Below, in pieces: positions 1 to 10,774 of a stretch of DNA of 64,000 nt (within the stretch, counting starts at the first letter, position 1; each line of letters begins with the position of its first letter). This stretch comes from Pecten maximus. Lineage: Eukaryota. The stretch covers positions 19,034,001-19,098,000 of the forward strand of contig NC_047016.1 of NCBI RefSeq assembly GCF_902652985.1, read 5' to 3'. The notes below the pieces were generated by a model. That model did not search any database and was not told the origin of the DNA. It saw only the letters and a list, made by a program, of their open reading frames with translations. The position numbers and the translations under genes are program-made.

Positions 1-769
1 TCAGCATACTTACTTAGTATCAATTAGCAGAGACTTATTTTGGCAGAAACTTTCCCAATTCACGTTTTGAAAGACAAAAACGTGTCCACACATTTCACTT
101 TCTTAAACTAAATACTGTCTTGTTAAAAACTAAGAATTTAAGTATCAGTCCCCACCTATAAAGCACCGAGTTGTAGGCCTATATAGTGAGTACAACTGCT
201 AGTACAGCCCTTTTTATTTTTTTGTATCATTGTCTTTGTTTTAAACCAAAGGAAACATTTGAAATTTCATTCAGATATTATATTGTTATATTGTTGCTAG
301 AAAGCGAGATCATTGCACATGATAATTTACATTCATTGACTGACATCTATCTTACAACATAGTTTTCATAACATATCAAAGTAAATACTTTTATTTAGAG
401 TGAACAGTGAGTTAAATAATTTCCAGAAATAATTAAAAATGATGTAATTTTGCATCTATTTTTTTGTAACTTGTTGCTTAAATAATTATCTTTCCAAACT
501 TGAATAAAAAAAAATCATTGGCCAAGCTTGAAATAAGTATTTTCCTCTTTTTCTTTATTTAAGTGAGGGATATAAGTGTTCATGCAAGGAATTTATTTTC
601 CAATAGCAAATTATCTCCCCTTAGTTTTTGTTTGCTAAATGTGTCGCGCGTGAAATGTGTATTCCGGTCAAAAATGTCGCTCACGCACTTTCTCCCCCAT
701 GAGAATTTTTAAAAGTTCGCAAGTATGCAATAGATCAATCAGCTAAAGAGAACTTCTCTTGGGTTTCCC

Positions 770-860
770 TTTGGCTCAATCAGTTGTCTTGAGCATAAGA
801 CTAGTAAGCCTGAGGTTCCATCCCTGGCAGAGACAGATTTGAATAAAAAATCATGTGCTC
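770..860 (+). mobile_element. Decayed tRNA-derived SINE fragment
   Basis: tggctcaatcagttg..gagcataagactagtaagcctgaggttccatccctgg. A second copy lies at about 1035-1100 and continues at 1469-1510, split by the TRIM. Confidence 0.45.
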
Positions 861-1100
861 TCTAACTCTGTTACACTTGTATCTATATGTAGGGACCCAG
901 GGAAAATGCTGTCTTGCTCCACAAACATTGCAATTACCCCTTAAAAAAACTTGAGGATGATTCTTTCCTGGCAAGGGAGTATGCAACCCTGGTAAATACT
1001 ACATTGTATTGTTTGGCTACAGAGGACTTCTCTTTTGTCGATCAGTTGACTAGCATAAGACTAGTAAGTCATAGGTCCCAGGTTTGGTCCCTAGTGGAGA

Positions 1101-1468
1101 TGTAACAGGAGAAGAAGATGTAGCAGCCAGACCGGGGTCCGAACATGGGACCCTCCGAACTCTAGATGGACACTCTACCACTGAGCTACCTGGTCGCCGA
1201 TGATCGACCCAGTCCAGTTCAGCTACATTCCTCCTTCCTTTTTTTTAAGTTTTCACCCCCGAAGACCACAAGTTCGGATATCCCAATAGTCAGCACACTC
1301 CCAATACTTTAAACAAGGGGAGGCAAGCTCGCCAGTAATTTAACAGGAGAAGGAGAAAATGTAGCAGCAAGGCCGGGGTTCGAACCCAGGACCCTCCGAA
1401 CTCCAGACGGACACTCTACCACTGGACTACCTGGTCGCCGATGATTGACCCAGTCCAGTTCCGCTACA
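1101..1468 (-). mobile_element. Non-autonomous LTR retrotransposon (TRIM) with tRNA-like LTRs (Helenus/TRIMp3-like)
   Basis: Direct repeats at 1101-1227 and 1339-1468 (TGTAAC...GCTACA; the second starts TT). Each holds a minus-strand tRNA-like unit with an A box (TAGCTCAGTGG) and B box (GGTTCGAACCC). Minus-strand PBS TGGCGAGCTTGCC at 1334-1322 and PPT at 1246-1228; flanks gaga/gagg. Confidence 0.8.
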
Positions 1469-2001
1469 GAGGCAGTGATTCAAATTTAAATAACCATACG
1501 CTTTGGTATATACATATTAAATAAACCCATAGTAATAGTATGGATATTATTAGATTGATACATGCATGTACAACTGATATTCCACATTATCTCTCCATGT
1601 CTAATGCATCTATGAATTAAGCTTGCTATCAAGTATTAAGTTAAAAATATATGATTGTACTGGACTTGAAAAGTCAGTGAGGCACAAGTAATGATCAGAA
1701 ACATTACTCCATATCAAGATATCTCTTCTGTCATAAACTAAAATTAGGGTCCAGTTTGTGAAGTGAAAAAGAAAGGGTAGGCTAGACTTCTATCTTGTTT
1801 TATATAATCCCCTAACAGATTGACAACAACCACATTATACGTACCCTCCATTTTGAGCGTATGGACTGAAGTAAACTTCTTTCGGTCTATCAGACCCATA
1901 GGTGTCTCCTATGACTGGAGTTGCAAGAACGCTCATTCTGTCGAGTCCGTCGTGACAGTGCGAGTTTAGCCTAAACTTCGAAAAATATCACGTGGTATAC
2001 T

Positions 2002-2212
2002 ACTTCCTGTTTGTTTTGAGGAGAAGAAAATATACTTAAAACGAAAGGGAAATTGTTTAAACCACTATTTATCTTTTCTTTCCAGGCCAAAAATTAGTTA
2101 AATTGTTTAATATTGAAAGGACGGGGCGTTTTAAACCAATAATAGCCTAAATAGATACACCGGAAGTATCAACCTCTCGCAGAATCTCGCTTTGAAAAAT
2201 ACCGGCAAGATG
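2002..2212 (+). promoter_or_regulatory. LSM2 housekeeping-type promoter region
   Basis: Locally CpG-richer. ETS motifs ACTTCCTG (2002) and CCGGAAGT (2160), TCTCGCAGA (2175), and a YY1-like CAAGATGG overlapping the ATG. Confidence 0.45.
2210..2212 (+). CDS. LSM2: LSM2 coding exon 1 (start codon only)
   Basis: caagATG|gtaggt in a CpG/ETS-motif promoter context; phase 0 fits exon 2, which starts LFYSFF. Confidence 0.75.
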
Positions 2213-5200
2213 GTAGGTAGCGTGAAAAGTTCGTATGGAAGCATTGTCATTTTTGCAATGTTGGCTTTCTCGGGACATCACAATACATGTTCTAGTTTAA
2301 CGAATGTGTCTTAATTAGGATCAAAGTTGAATGTTGTTTCGTTTATGGGAAGTAACAGTAATGGGAAGTTTTGATAACACATAGGTAGGTCGGTAGGTAA
2401 CATCTCCTGTTTTGACGGATTTTGGAAGATATAGGCCTACATGGTCAGTGTCTTAAAATATAAGCTGTATTTTGGCGAGGGTAAAGAAGGACAAAAGTGG
2501 CGAGCCACTTTTATTCTGTCCCGAGCCAAAAATACAGCTTATATTTTAAGACACTGACCATGTATTCTATTTATCCTGCAACAATAAAAAAAATAATCAT
2601 CAAAAATAATCATTTCGAAGTGAAACGGTGTCAAAAATGACAAAAATATGTTCGCCTTTTAAACGTTGTTTCACTTTGAAGTAGATCAGTCGAATTGACG
2701 CACGTGCTAAGATTAAAAAATACAGCTGTTTTCCGTCACTGCCGTATACAGCAAAAATATATACGGTGGGTGTATTCCGACAATGCGGTGACGGTTGCAT
2801 ATAGGATAAACGTATATATACGTTTGTATTAGTGTCCTTCCATGATATGTTAGTCATTTTTCTATTAAACACGTCTTATACGTCGCATCTTATGTCGTCT
2901 GAGTATGGGCATGCTAAAGGATTTGTGGTAGCGTGGTTTATTAAAATTCAGGTTTGTGTAGAGCTAGGATGACTCGGTACAAATGCTTTCTAGCTACAAC
3001 AGTTGCTGGTTTAAAAATTAGTCTCTACAGCAATGTGACAAATTTGGCATACTTAAGTCTATTCAGGAACAGCAGAGTGAATCCTAGTAATCCTTACAAC
3101 TCTTTTTGCAACATGAATATTATCTACTTGTTTTTACCAGCCTAGCTACCAGATCATCAGATGGATTACTCCAACAATGTTGGAAGTCGCAATCGGCACA
3201 ATTAAGTAAAATAATAAAAATCAGCCAATACACATGACGTTTTATGCTGGTCAAAATTTCACACTGGACTCAACTTCATAATGCTAACTATGTAGGTCTA
3301 ATTACCCTGGCCAATGAGTGCGCGATGATGCAAAAGAAAAAAATGCAACATTTATTGGAGGGTATTATTGTCAGGTTAAGCATGGTTGCTTCAATGCCAG
3401 TGAATGCTGTTCAAAAAACATAAAAGAACTGTTGAAGGTTAATTTTAGTCCAGTGTTGTGTTTACCTGTGTCCGACTTGTTGAGCATTTGCAATTGCCAC
3501 TAATACGAGGGAGCATACTTTATTTGTATTTCTGGTCGAACAGATGCAGTTATCATCAGGTGGAGGCAGTGATCATCACCATCAATATTTTCATGAGTTT
3601 TGAAATGTTACTTTTAATGAACATATCATGTCTCTGTTTAAAGAACATACACTGATAAACAAAAAATGCATTTTAACTGTTTACAAATATGTCATCCAGG
3701 CAAATATCATTGTTGGAATGTTTTGGATTTCTGCAGTGCTGCTCGAGTTTTCATCAAACACTTTGCAACAGTGAACATTACATTCAGCATCGATGTTACC
3801 TATGATAATACAATTACGACATCTATAAATATCAGATAAAGACACAAATCAAATACTGATCTTTTAAAAAAATTTAAAAATCTTAAATTTGGAACAAAGA
3901 ATTGGGTCTTCTTAAAGACTACGCTATTTATTTCGATTATGTTAAACTGACGATACCTTTTTTCGGCAGTTATCATCAGGCCCATTTACGGCATCGAAGA
4001 AGTCGGATGTACATACCAAAACGCTGGTCAACTTAGCAGGCGTTGCAGAACGTCCCATATCTCGCAAACATTCCAATGTTTGCTTCGAGATTTGGATAAT
4101 ATCCGATATTGATAGGAGAAAGATGATGCACTTACCTTATTAAGTGATGTAAGAACATCAGAAAATTATGATGTGAAGATTATTAAAATATTTAAATGTC
4201 AATATCATCTGTTTGGAAACTTTGTCTGAATGAAAATAAGGCCAGAAACATTCCAAAAACTAATATATTTGTTCAATGAAAACTACAGCAACTTGAGTGA
4301 ATCATTTAATGAAATATTTAAAACATGAGTAAAAATTGACGATAACTACCGCCTGATGATAATACCCTCCATTGCTCTAGTTTACTGCTTATAATTTGTA
4401 AATAATTAACTATTCTTGTACTAAATATAACAAGATTTGGGAAATAATAAGGTTAATATGTGGTCTTTTCGGTCCATTGTGTTCCAATTCTGGTGGATAG
4501 TCGCACTGCATCTACCAAATGGCGGGTTACCAGTGTGAAATTTTGGCCAGCGTAAAGCAAGGGTCTATACGAATGTAATAGAACTACTGATATGGGACTA
4601 AATGGGTGTTTAGGGTAAATATCTCATTTACCCATATATGTAAGGTAGGTGTTATGTCACGCCCAATTTTTGTGTGTTTGCACCAAAATCTTGGCAACAC
4701 CAAACAGTGTCGGAAAATTCCACACTTTCACACCAGATATGGTGTCAGGACCAAAGGAAACTCGGGCTAGGAGTAATGAAAAATACCCTGTTTATGCTGG
4801 GCTTCATTAACTACCAACCTTTCACTCTCAAGGCAAACATCCTACCACTAATAAGCTAAAGGGAAGTTACCGCTAGTCTGAGCTAGTAAGGTGAACTTTT
4901 ACTCTCTACTTAACACTACTTCCTTTACAAAGTCTTTGCTCCGGAAGGCAACCACAAGCCAGGTTCTTAAGCTCCAAGGAGGCCTCTCAGTCTCCTATAG
5001 CTTCCACTTGAAGTGGTCAATAGTACCAAATCTGTAATAGGAAGGAATAATGAAAGATACCCTGTCTGTGCCAAGCTTCAAACTGAGCAACCTTTCCCTC
5101 TCAAGGCAAACATCCTACCACTGAAGGGAAATTCCTGCTAGTCTGAGCTATTAAGTTGACCTTATACTCTCACACATATGTATATACATGTATTTGTGTA

Positions 5201-8200
5201 AACATAAAAGCATTTTCAGCTCGTCTCTTCGAAGAAGAGTGACAGCTTATGTCGTCACTCCGGCTTCGGCATTGGTTTTTCAAATGTTAAATTTTTGGTG
5301 CAAGTGTTGAAAGGCATAGTAATTAGTGGTAATATGGTCCCTGTGGGGGTCAAACTATCCCCTGCCGGAGTTAAACTTGAAGATTTTTTGGGGAAAAAAC
5401 AGAATTTTAAAATTTTTGGACTTAGAATATTTCTGCGTTAAGTTTTTGGTGCAAGTGTTAAGAGGTTTTTATACATCACTTTATAATTGTACTAGGGTGC
5501 TGATATTTGGCAGTAGAGTCCCTATGGAGTAAGACAATCCCTTCCTGGAGTTTCCTTGGATTTTTTTCTTTTTAAATCTGTATTTTTGTTTTTGTTTTTA
5601 AATCTTTGGACTTTGTGTTAAGTTTATGTTGTGAGTGTTGAAAGGCATAGTAATACATGGTATTAGGGTCCCTGTGGGGGTTAAACTATCCCTTGCTGGA
5701 GTTTAACTGAAAGATTTTTTTTGGGAAAAAACACATTTTTTTTTTTAATTTGTGCAAATGTTGAAAGCTATTAACACATCACTTTATGATTGTACTAGGG
5801 TGCTGATATCTGGTAAAAGAGTTCCTATGAAGTTACACTATCCCTTCTTGGGGTGAAACTGAAAATAAAACAATGTGAAAATGCTCACAATAGGCAATTT
5901 ATACCGGTCCACATTTTTCAAGGGAGACAACTCTCATTAGGATAATATTTTGTCAAAAAATTGAAGAAATATGTCCAAAAGCAATTACATTTGTATCTAA
6001 TATATTCATTTAATCTACAACAGCATAGCTTGTCTCCCGAATGTTTGTCAATAAATAATTATATATATTAATTGGTATGGTTTTGAAAATTGCATGAATT
6101 CACAAAAGCATAATCTGATCAAGTAAACAATATAAATATTATTAATGCAATTTGCGAAACCATTCCAATTAATATATTTTAATTATTTATTGACAAACAT
6201 TTGCGAGACGAGCTATGCTGTTCTCCAACAGCTCTTGTTAAACTGTGTATCGGCTATCTTCAGGCAATTACTAATGTCTTGGTAACAACAATGAATAATA
6301 CAATCAATAACATATGAGGGAGATAATTACATATTTTTGTTTAAGGTGTGATGCATGATACTAATTATTAACCATGTAGTGCAAGTTTGAAAAGTTTTAC
6401 AAACGATGTCCTTTTTGCAAAGTCATTTTGTAGTACTAGAATCTGACATCTTGCAGAAGGGACACGCCCAGAATAATCCTTTGCCACAAATTTCCAGATG
6501 TGCTCTTAATAGAATTTTTCAAGTTTCAGGCATTCTTATTTGTTGCCTGTGAATGTGAATTCTTTTCGTAAATGCATTTCCTGTTTGTCCGATATAATGA
6601 TCACGACCGGTACATGTAGCACTGGTTATACAGTAAATCAAATTATTTCTTTTGCAAGTTTGGTTTAATTGTTATATATGTGATACTCTCTTCATTGAAA
6701 TAGCAAGAGGGTTCTGAATTATTTCTATATGATTGATGATTTTAATTAGTTCTGGTGGTTGTTAAGTAAGCAAAGTCTAAAATTGATAACCAAAAATCAC
6801 AACTAAGTAAAGAAGTATCACTTATCACACAATTCATAAAAAGTGGCTGATTTATATGGGAAAAGTTATTATTCATTATACTACAATAGCAGGTCACATG
6901 ACGTGGTGTAGATCTATCATCTTTTATAATGATGCATCAAGTTTAATTCTTTTCCTTTTTTGCAGTTATTCTACTCATTTTTTAAATCTTTAGTGGGAAA
7001 GGATGTGGTAGTGGAACTGAAAAATGACCTCAGGTAATTTTACCCATATATTTAATGCTTTAATTTTAAAGGAAATGTTTATGATGATTATCAGCATTTT
7101 TAGTATCATTTATGATCCTGAACAATAATGTAAAACAAAAAAAGAATTGTTGAATAAACCAGATATTAGATTAGAAAATTATTATAAGATATAATCATTG
7201 TTATCTTTTAACATGTTTTTTTTTGGTAGTATATGTGGTACTCTCCATTCTGTGGATCAGTTCTTGAACATCAAACTGACAGACATCTCAGTTACAGACC
7301 CAGACAAATACCCACACATGGTAAGTCTGTCGTAAATACAAAGTTCACTCATTTCACCCAGTAACAGACCCAGACAAGTACCCACACATGGTAAGTCTGT
7401 CGTAAATACAAAGTTCACTCATTTCACCCAGTTACAGACCCAGACAAATACCCACACATGGTAAGTCTGTCGTAAATACAAAGTTCACTCATTTCACCCA
7501 GTAACAGACCCAGACAAGTACCCACACATGGTAAGTCTGTCGTAAATACAAAGTTCACTCATTTCACCCAGTAACAGACCCAGACAAATACCCACACATG
7601 GTAAGTCTGTCGTAAATACAAAGTTCACTCATTTCACCCAGTGACAGACCCAGACAAGTACCCACACATGGTAAGTCTGTCGTAAATACAAAGTTCACTC
7701 ATTTCACCCAGTTACAGACCCAGACAAATACCCACACATGGTAAGTCTGTCGTAAATACAAAGTTCACTCATTTCACCCAGTAACAGACCCAGACAAATA
7801 CCCACACATGGTAAGTCTGTCGTAAATACAAAGTTCACTCATTTCACCCAGTAACAGACCCAGACAAAGTACCCACACATGGTAAGTCTGTCGTAAATAC
7901 AAAGTTCACTCATTTCACCCAGTAACAGACCCAGACAAATACCCACACATGGTAAGTCTGTCGTAAATACAAAGTTCACCCATTCACAACAATAGGTCAA
8001 CAATTCAATCATGTGATGTTAACATAACAGCATCTTGCATTTATGTAACATCAATACTACAAACATAAGTGGTCCATCAGGGTAAGAAAATACTAATCCT
8101 GCACTCCCTTATGTCAGCTATGGGTGAGAACACTGAGATAAGGGGATCTCAACTGTCCTGGGTAAGATTATTAAGCTTTTAAACACTTGACAAGCTTCAT

Positions 8201-8624
8201 GTCTCACCCCTAGGGGATGAAAGATTCTACATTTATTCTAAAAATTCATTGGATTTTTCAGTAAAATTCTATTAATCCATTGGGTTAGTCAGTAAAATTA
8301 GCCATGTGTGGTGGGTGAATATTGAGTTATTGACACATGAATCTAATAAATTACATATATTGATAAATAGCAAGGCAAATTTATCTCGAACGTCCACAAG
8401 TAACTTATCAGTGTGCATATCCAGAGAAAACATATTAAGAGTTCCCAGCTGCATATGTTGTATCATGCTTATGCAATTGTTTTTGTTTTGTTTAGTTATC
8501 TGTGAAGAACTGCTTCATCAGAGGATCAGTAGTGAGGTACGTCCAGCTGCCAGCAGATGAATGTGACACACAACTTTTACAGGATGCTGCCAGGAAAGAA
8601 GCTGTACAGAACCGGCAACGGTGA
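2210..8624 (+). CDS. LSM2: U6 snRNA-associated Sm-like protein LSm2 (spliced gene, 4 coding exons, 96 aa)
   Basis: Exons 2210-2212 (ATG), 6966-7033, 7230-7320 and 8496-8624, all with GT-AG introns and in phase. Spliced product MLFYSFFKSLVGKDVVVELKNDLSICGTLHSVDQFLNIKLTDISVTDPDKYPHMLSVKNCFIRGSVVRYVQLPADECDTQLLQDAARKEAVQNRQR* is near-identical to the LSm2 sequence as I recall it. The ATG-only first exon is the least certain part. Confidence 0.97.
2438..2810. mobile_element. Palindromic non-autonomous DNA element
   Basis: 127-bp hairpin at 2438-2564 with perfect 36-bp outer arms, followed by the short inverted pair tttatcctg (about 2570) / taggataaa (about 2802-2810). Confidence 0.5.
4770..5174 (-). 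mobile_element. Decayed TRIM candidate with tRNA-like direct repeats
   Basis: About 140-bp direct repeats at ~4770-4915 and 5033-5174 (TGTAAT...TCACA). PBS-like TGGTACTA on the minus strand (5028-5021) and a pyrimidine tract after the left repeat. Confidence 0.45.
5213..6239 (+). mobile_element. Non-autonomous Helentron/HINE-like element with internal tandem repeats
   Basis: Starts ttttcAGCTCGTCT plus a short hairpin and ends AGACGAGCT...ctcttgtt (subterminal inverted repeat, T-rich flanks). Internal ~170-bp-scale repeats at 5285-5860. Confidence 0.65.
6966..7033 (+). CDS. LSM2: LSM2 coding exon 2
   Basis: tttgcag|TTATTC...CTCAG|gtaatt; encodes LFYSFFKSLVGKDVVVELKNDL(S). Confidence 0.96.
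7230..7320 (+). CDS. LSM2: LSM2 coding exon 3
   Basis: ggtag|TATATGT...CACATG|gtaagt; encodes ICGTLHSVDQFLNIKLTDISVTDPDKYPHM. Confidence 0.96.
7289..7980 (+). repeat. 70-bp tandem array (10 units) made of the LSM2 exon 3 end plus its 5' splice site
   Basis: CACATG|GTAAGT recurs at 7321, 7391, 7461, 7531, 7601, 7671, 7741, 7811, 7882 and 7952. Confidence 0.97.
8496..8624 (+). CDS. LSM2: LSM2 coding exon 4 (terminal)
   Basis: tttag|TTATCT...CGGTGA; encodes LSVKNCFIRGSVVRYVQLPADECDTQLLQDAARKEAVQNRQR* (Sm2 motif IRG). Confidence 0.96.
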   Translation, partial: LSVKNCFIRGSVVRYVQLPADECDTQLLQDAARKEAVQNRQR

Positions 8625-8889
8625 TCTTTGGCAGTGACAGAACATTACTAAAACAAACAATTTAGATCACAATAAAACAGGCAGCAGGATCCAACACAAC
8701 ACATGCTCTTGAAGAAATAGTTGTTGAATCACTTGTTGGATCAAGGAATTTCTGATACAGGGCAGCAACTGTTGTTAACTGCTGAATCTTCTCTGTTGAT
8801 GAATCAGTAAAATGCATTAGCCCTATTATAAACAATCAGAGAGCAAATATTATCTGGTGATTTTTCCTCTCGAGTTTGAAAGGATGTAC

Positions 8890-9002
8890 ATGGATGTATG
8901 GGGGAGAAAGAAGGCAAAATAAAAGGGAGATACTATGGATGTATGGGGGAGAAAGAAGGCGAAATGAAAGGGAGATACTATGGATGTATTGGGAGAAAGA
9001 AG
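8890..9002 (+). repeat. 45-bp direct repeat (about 2.5 copies) downstream of the LSM2 stop
   Basis: atggatgtatgggggagaaagaaggc.aaat.aaagggagatact repeated. Confidence 0.75.
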
Positions 9003-9342
9003 CTTCAATTTGAAATGGAAGTCAGTCAATTGACAGGTAATGGAGTGAGAGGAAATGTGCTGAATTGGGAGAGTTTTTTTCAACACCTGATGTACAATTG
9101 GTAGAATTTGTATACAGTTGTAACATATTGTAACTTCAGATTTCTAGAAGAAACTACAAATCTAATGTTATGCTGTGTTGTAAATATCATGCCAGAACTC
9201 ACCAGATCTGTTTGAGAGTTTGATTCAAAGGTTAAATAGCTCATGTCATGGAGAAGTGAAACACTTTTGGAAATACTGTACTTGTGTATGTGAGAAATAC
9301 ATGTTAATTGATATTCACTTTTAAAATGTCTTGTATATGTAA

Positions 9343-9348
9343 AATAAA
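9343..9348 (+). terminator. Candidate LSM2 polyadenylation signal
   Basis: AATAAA followed by T/GT-rich sequence; a more proximal AATAAA lies at 8671. Confidence 0.4.
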
Positions 9349-10774
9349 GTGATGAAAAATTTTATGTGTCTGGCTGTCAATAATATCTAATTTCTTGTGA
9401 AGTTTTGTTCAGTATGTCTTCTGTTTTATCTCCTCCCTAATAACAGTCCTTAGTCGTAAAAGTAAGTTTTTTTGTTGACTATCATCAGATGGCAGTCTAT
9501 ACAAATTGTCTATCATTTCTGGTCTGCAATTCGTCCTTGAAAATCACTGTTATCACTATCCATTAAGAAATCCTAGTAACTTTTCCTGAAATTCCATGGA
9601 CTGATTATGAAAAGAACAAGACGAAAATGATTGGTTGATCTGGGAATTTGCCAGTTTGCTTTTCATCCCCATTTTTCAGTAAAAATTGTGAAAAGAGTGT
9701 TGACAATGATTTTCTATAAAAAGTAACTGCAACCTTTTCCATGGCCCTGGCACCCTAAAATGATATTCTCATGCTTGACCAATATATGAAGATTGATCAA
9801 AATCTGTTTAAAAATGAAGTCACTGAAGTGCTGATAAGAATTAAGAAAGTAATGGTAATCTTTGTCCTTGACCAAAGATTTTCAATAAATAGTGATAGCG
9901 ACCTAAGCACCCTGAGGCACTGTTAAAATCGAGATATTCTCATACTTGACTAATACAGGAAGTTTGACCAAAACCTGTTGTCACCAGAGTGCTGACATGA
10001 TTGATTTTCTATAGATATAGTAATGGTGATCTTGTCACTGGTATACTGAAATATGAAAAAACTTGTTCGAGGTATTGTCACATTAAACCATTATAGGAAG
10101 TTTGTTCAAAATCTTTTAAAAATGAAGTCACTGTAGCGCTGACAAAGATTTTCTATAGATAGTAATAGTTCCCATGTTCTTGACATTGGTACCCAAAACA
10201 TGAGGTATTTTGATTGAAATATCAAGTTGCCATTTATTCATAGAGCAATGTTGATCCAGTAGTTGAAATATCGTATTTCTTTATAATCATATTTGATATC
10301 TAAAAACATAAGCATGTCCGAAATGAGACCGTAGGTAACTAGCATTATATTCAGTGTATAGTAGAGGATCGGAAATTACAAGTCTAATTTCAAATAGATT
10401 GAAAGCAAACATTTATATTTCTATATGACACTGTTCTTGAGATATTTTAAGGAGCAATCTCTGCTTTTTGTGTCGCCTGCTTTTTACAGGTGACAGATAT
10501 CAATGTCGGCGGTGGCGTCCACACAGAGGTTGTCGTGAGATAACTCGGGTTCTCTTGGGTCAGTCAAACTCAAATTTCAAGCAGATCCTCCTTATTACAA
10601 GTGCTTGCTTTATATTGCTTTTCAGGCTCAAAAGTCAAGGTCACTTACTAAAAATAGAAAATTAGTTTTTCGTGATATCACTCAAGTTGTCTTGGGCTAT
10701 TCAAACTCAAACTGCATATAGTTTTTTCTTACCACAAATGTTTGCATGGGATTGATTTTTTACTGATCCAAAGG

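Noticed and set aside
1125-1440. Two minus-strand tRNA genes
   Set aside because: Imperfect cloverleaves embedded in TG..CA direct repeats with PBS and PPT; better explained as TRIM LTRs.
4655-4750. TGTCAC...TCACA followed by TGGTGTCAGGA (LTR plus tRNA-Leu-type PBS)
   Set aside because: No second LTR was found, and the motif is part of a short local palindrome, so chance is likely.
7289-7980. CRISPR-like regular repeats (also 41650-42754 and 50499-54160)
   Set aside because: Head-to-tail tandem repeats without unique spacers, no cas genes, and a eukaryotic context.
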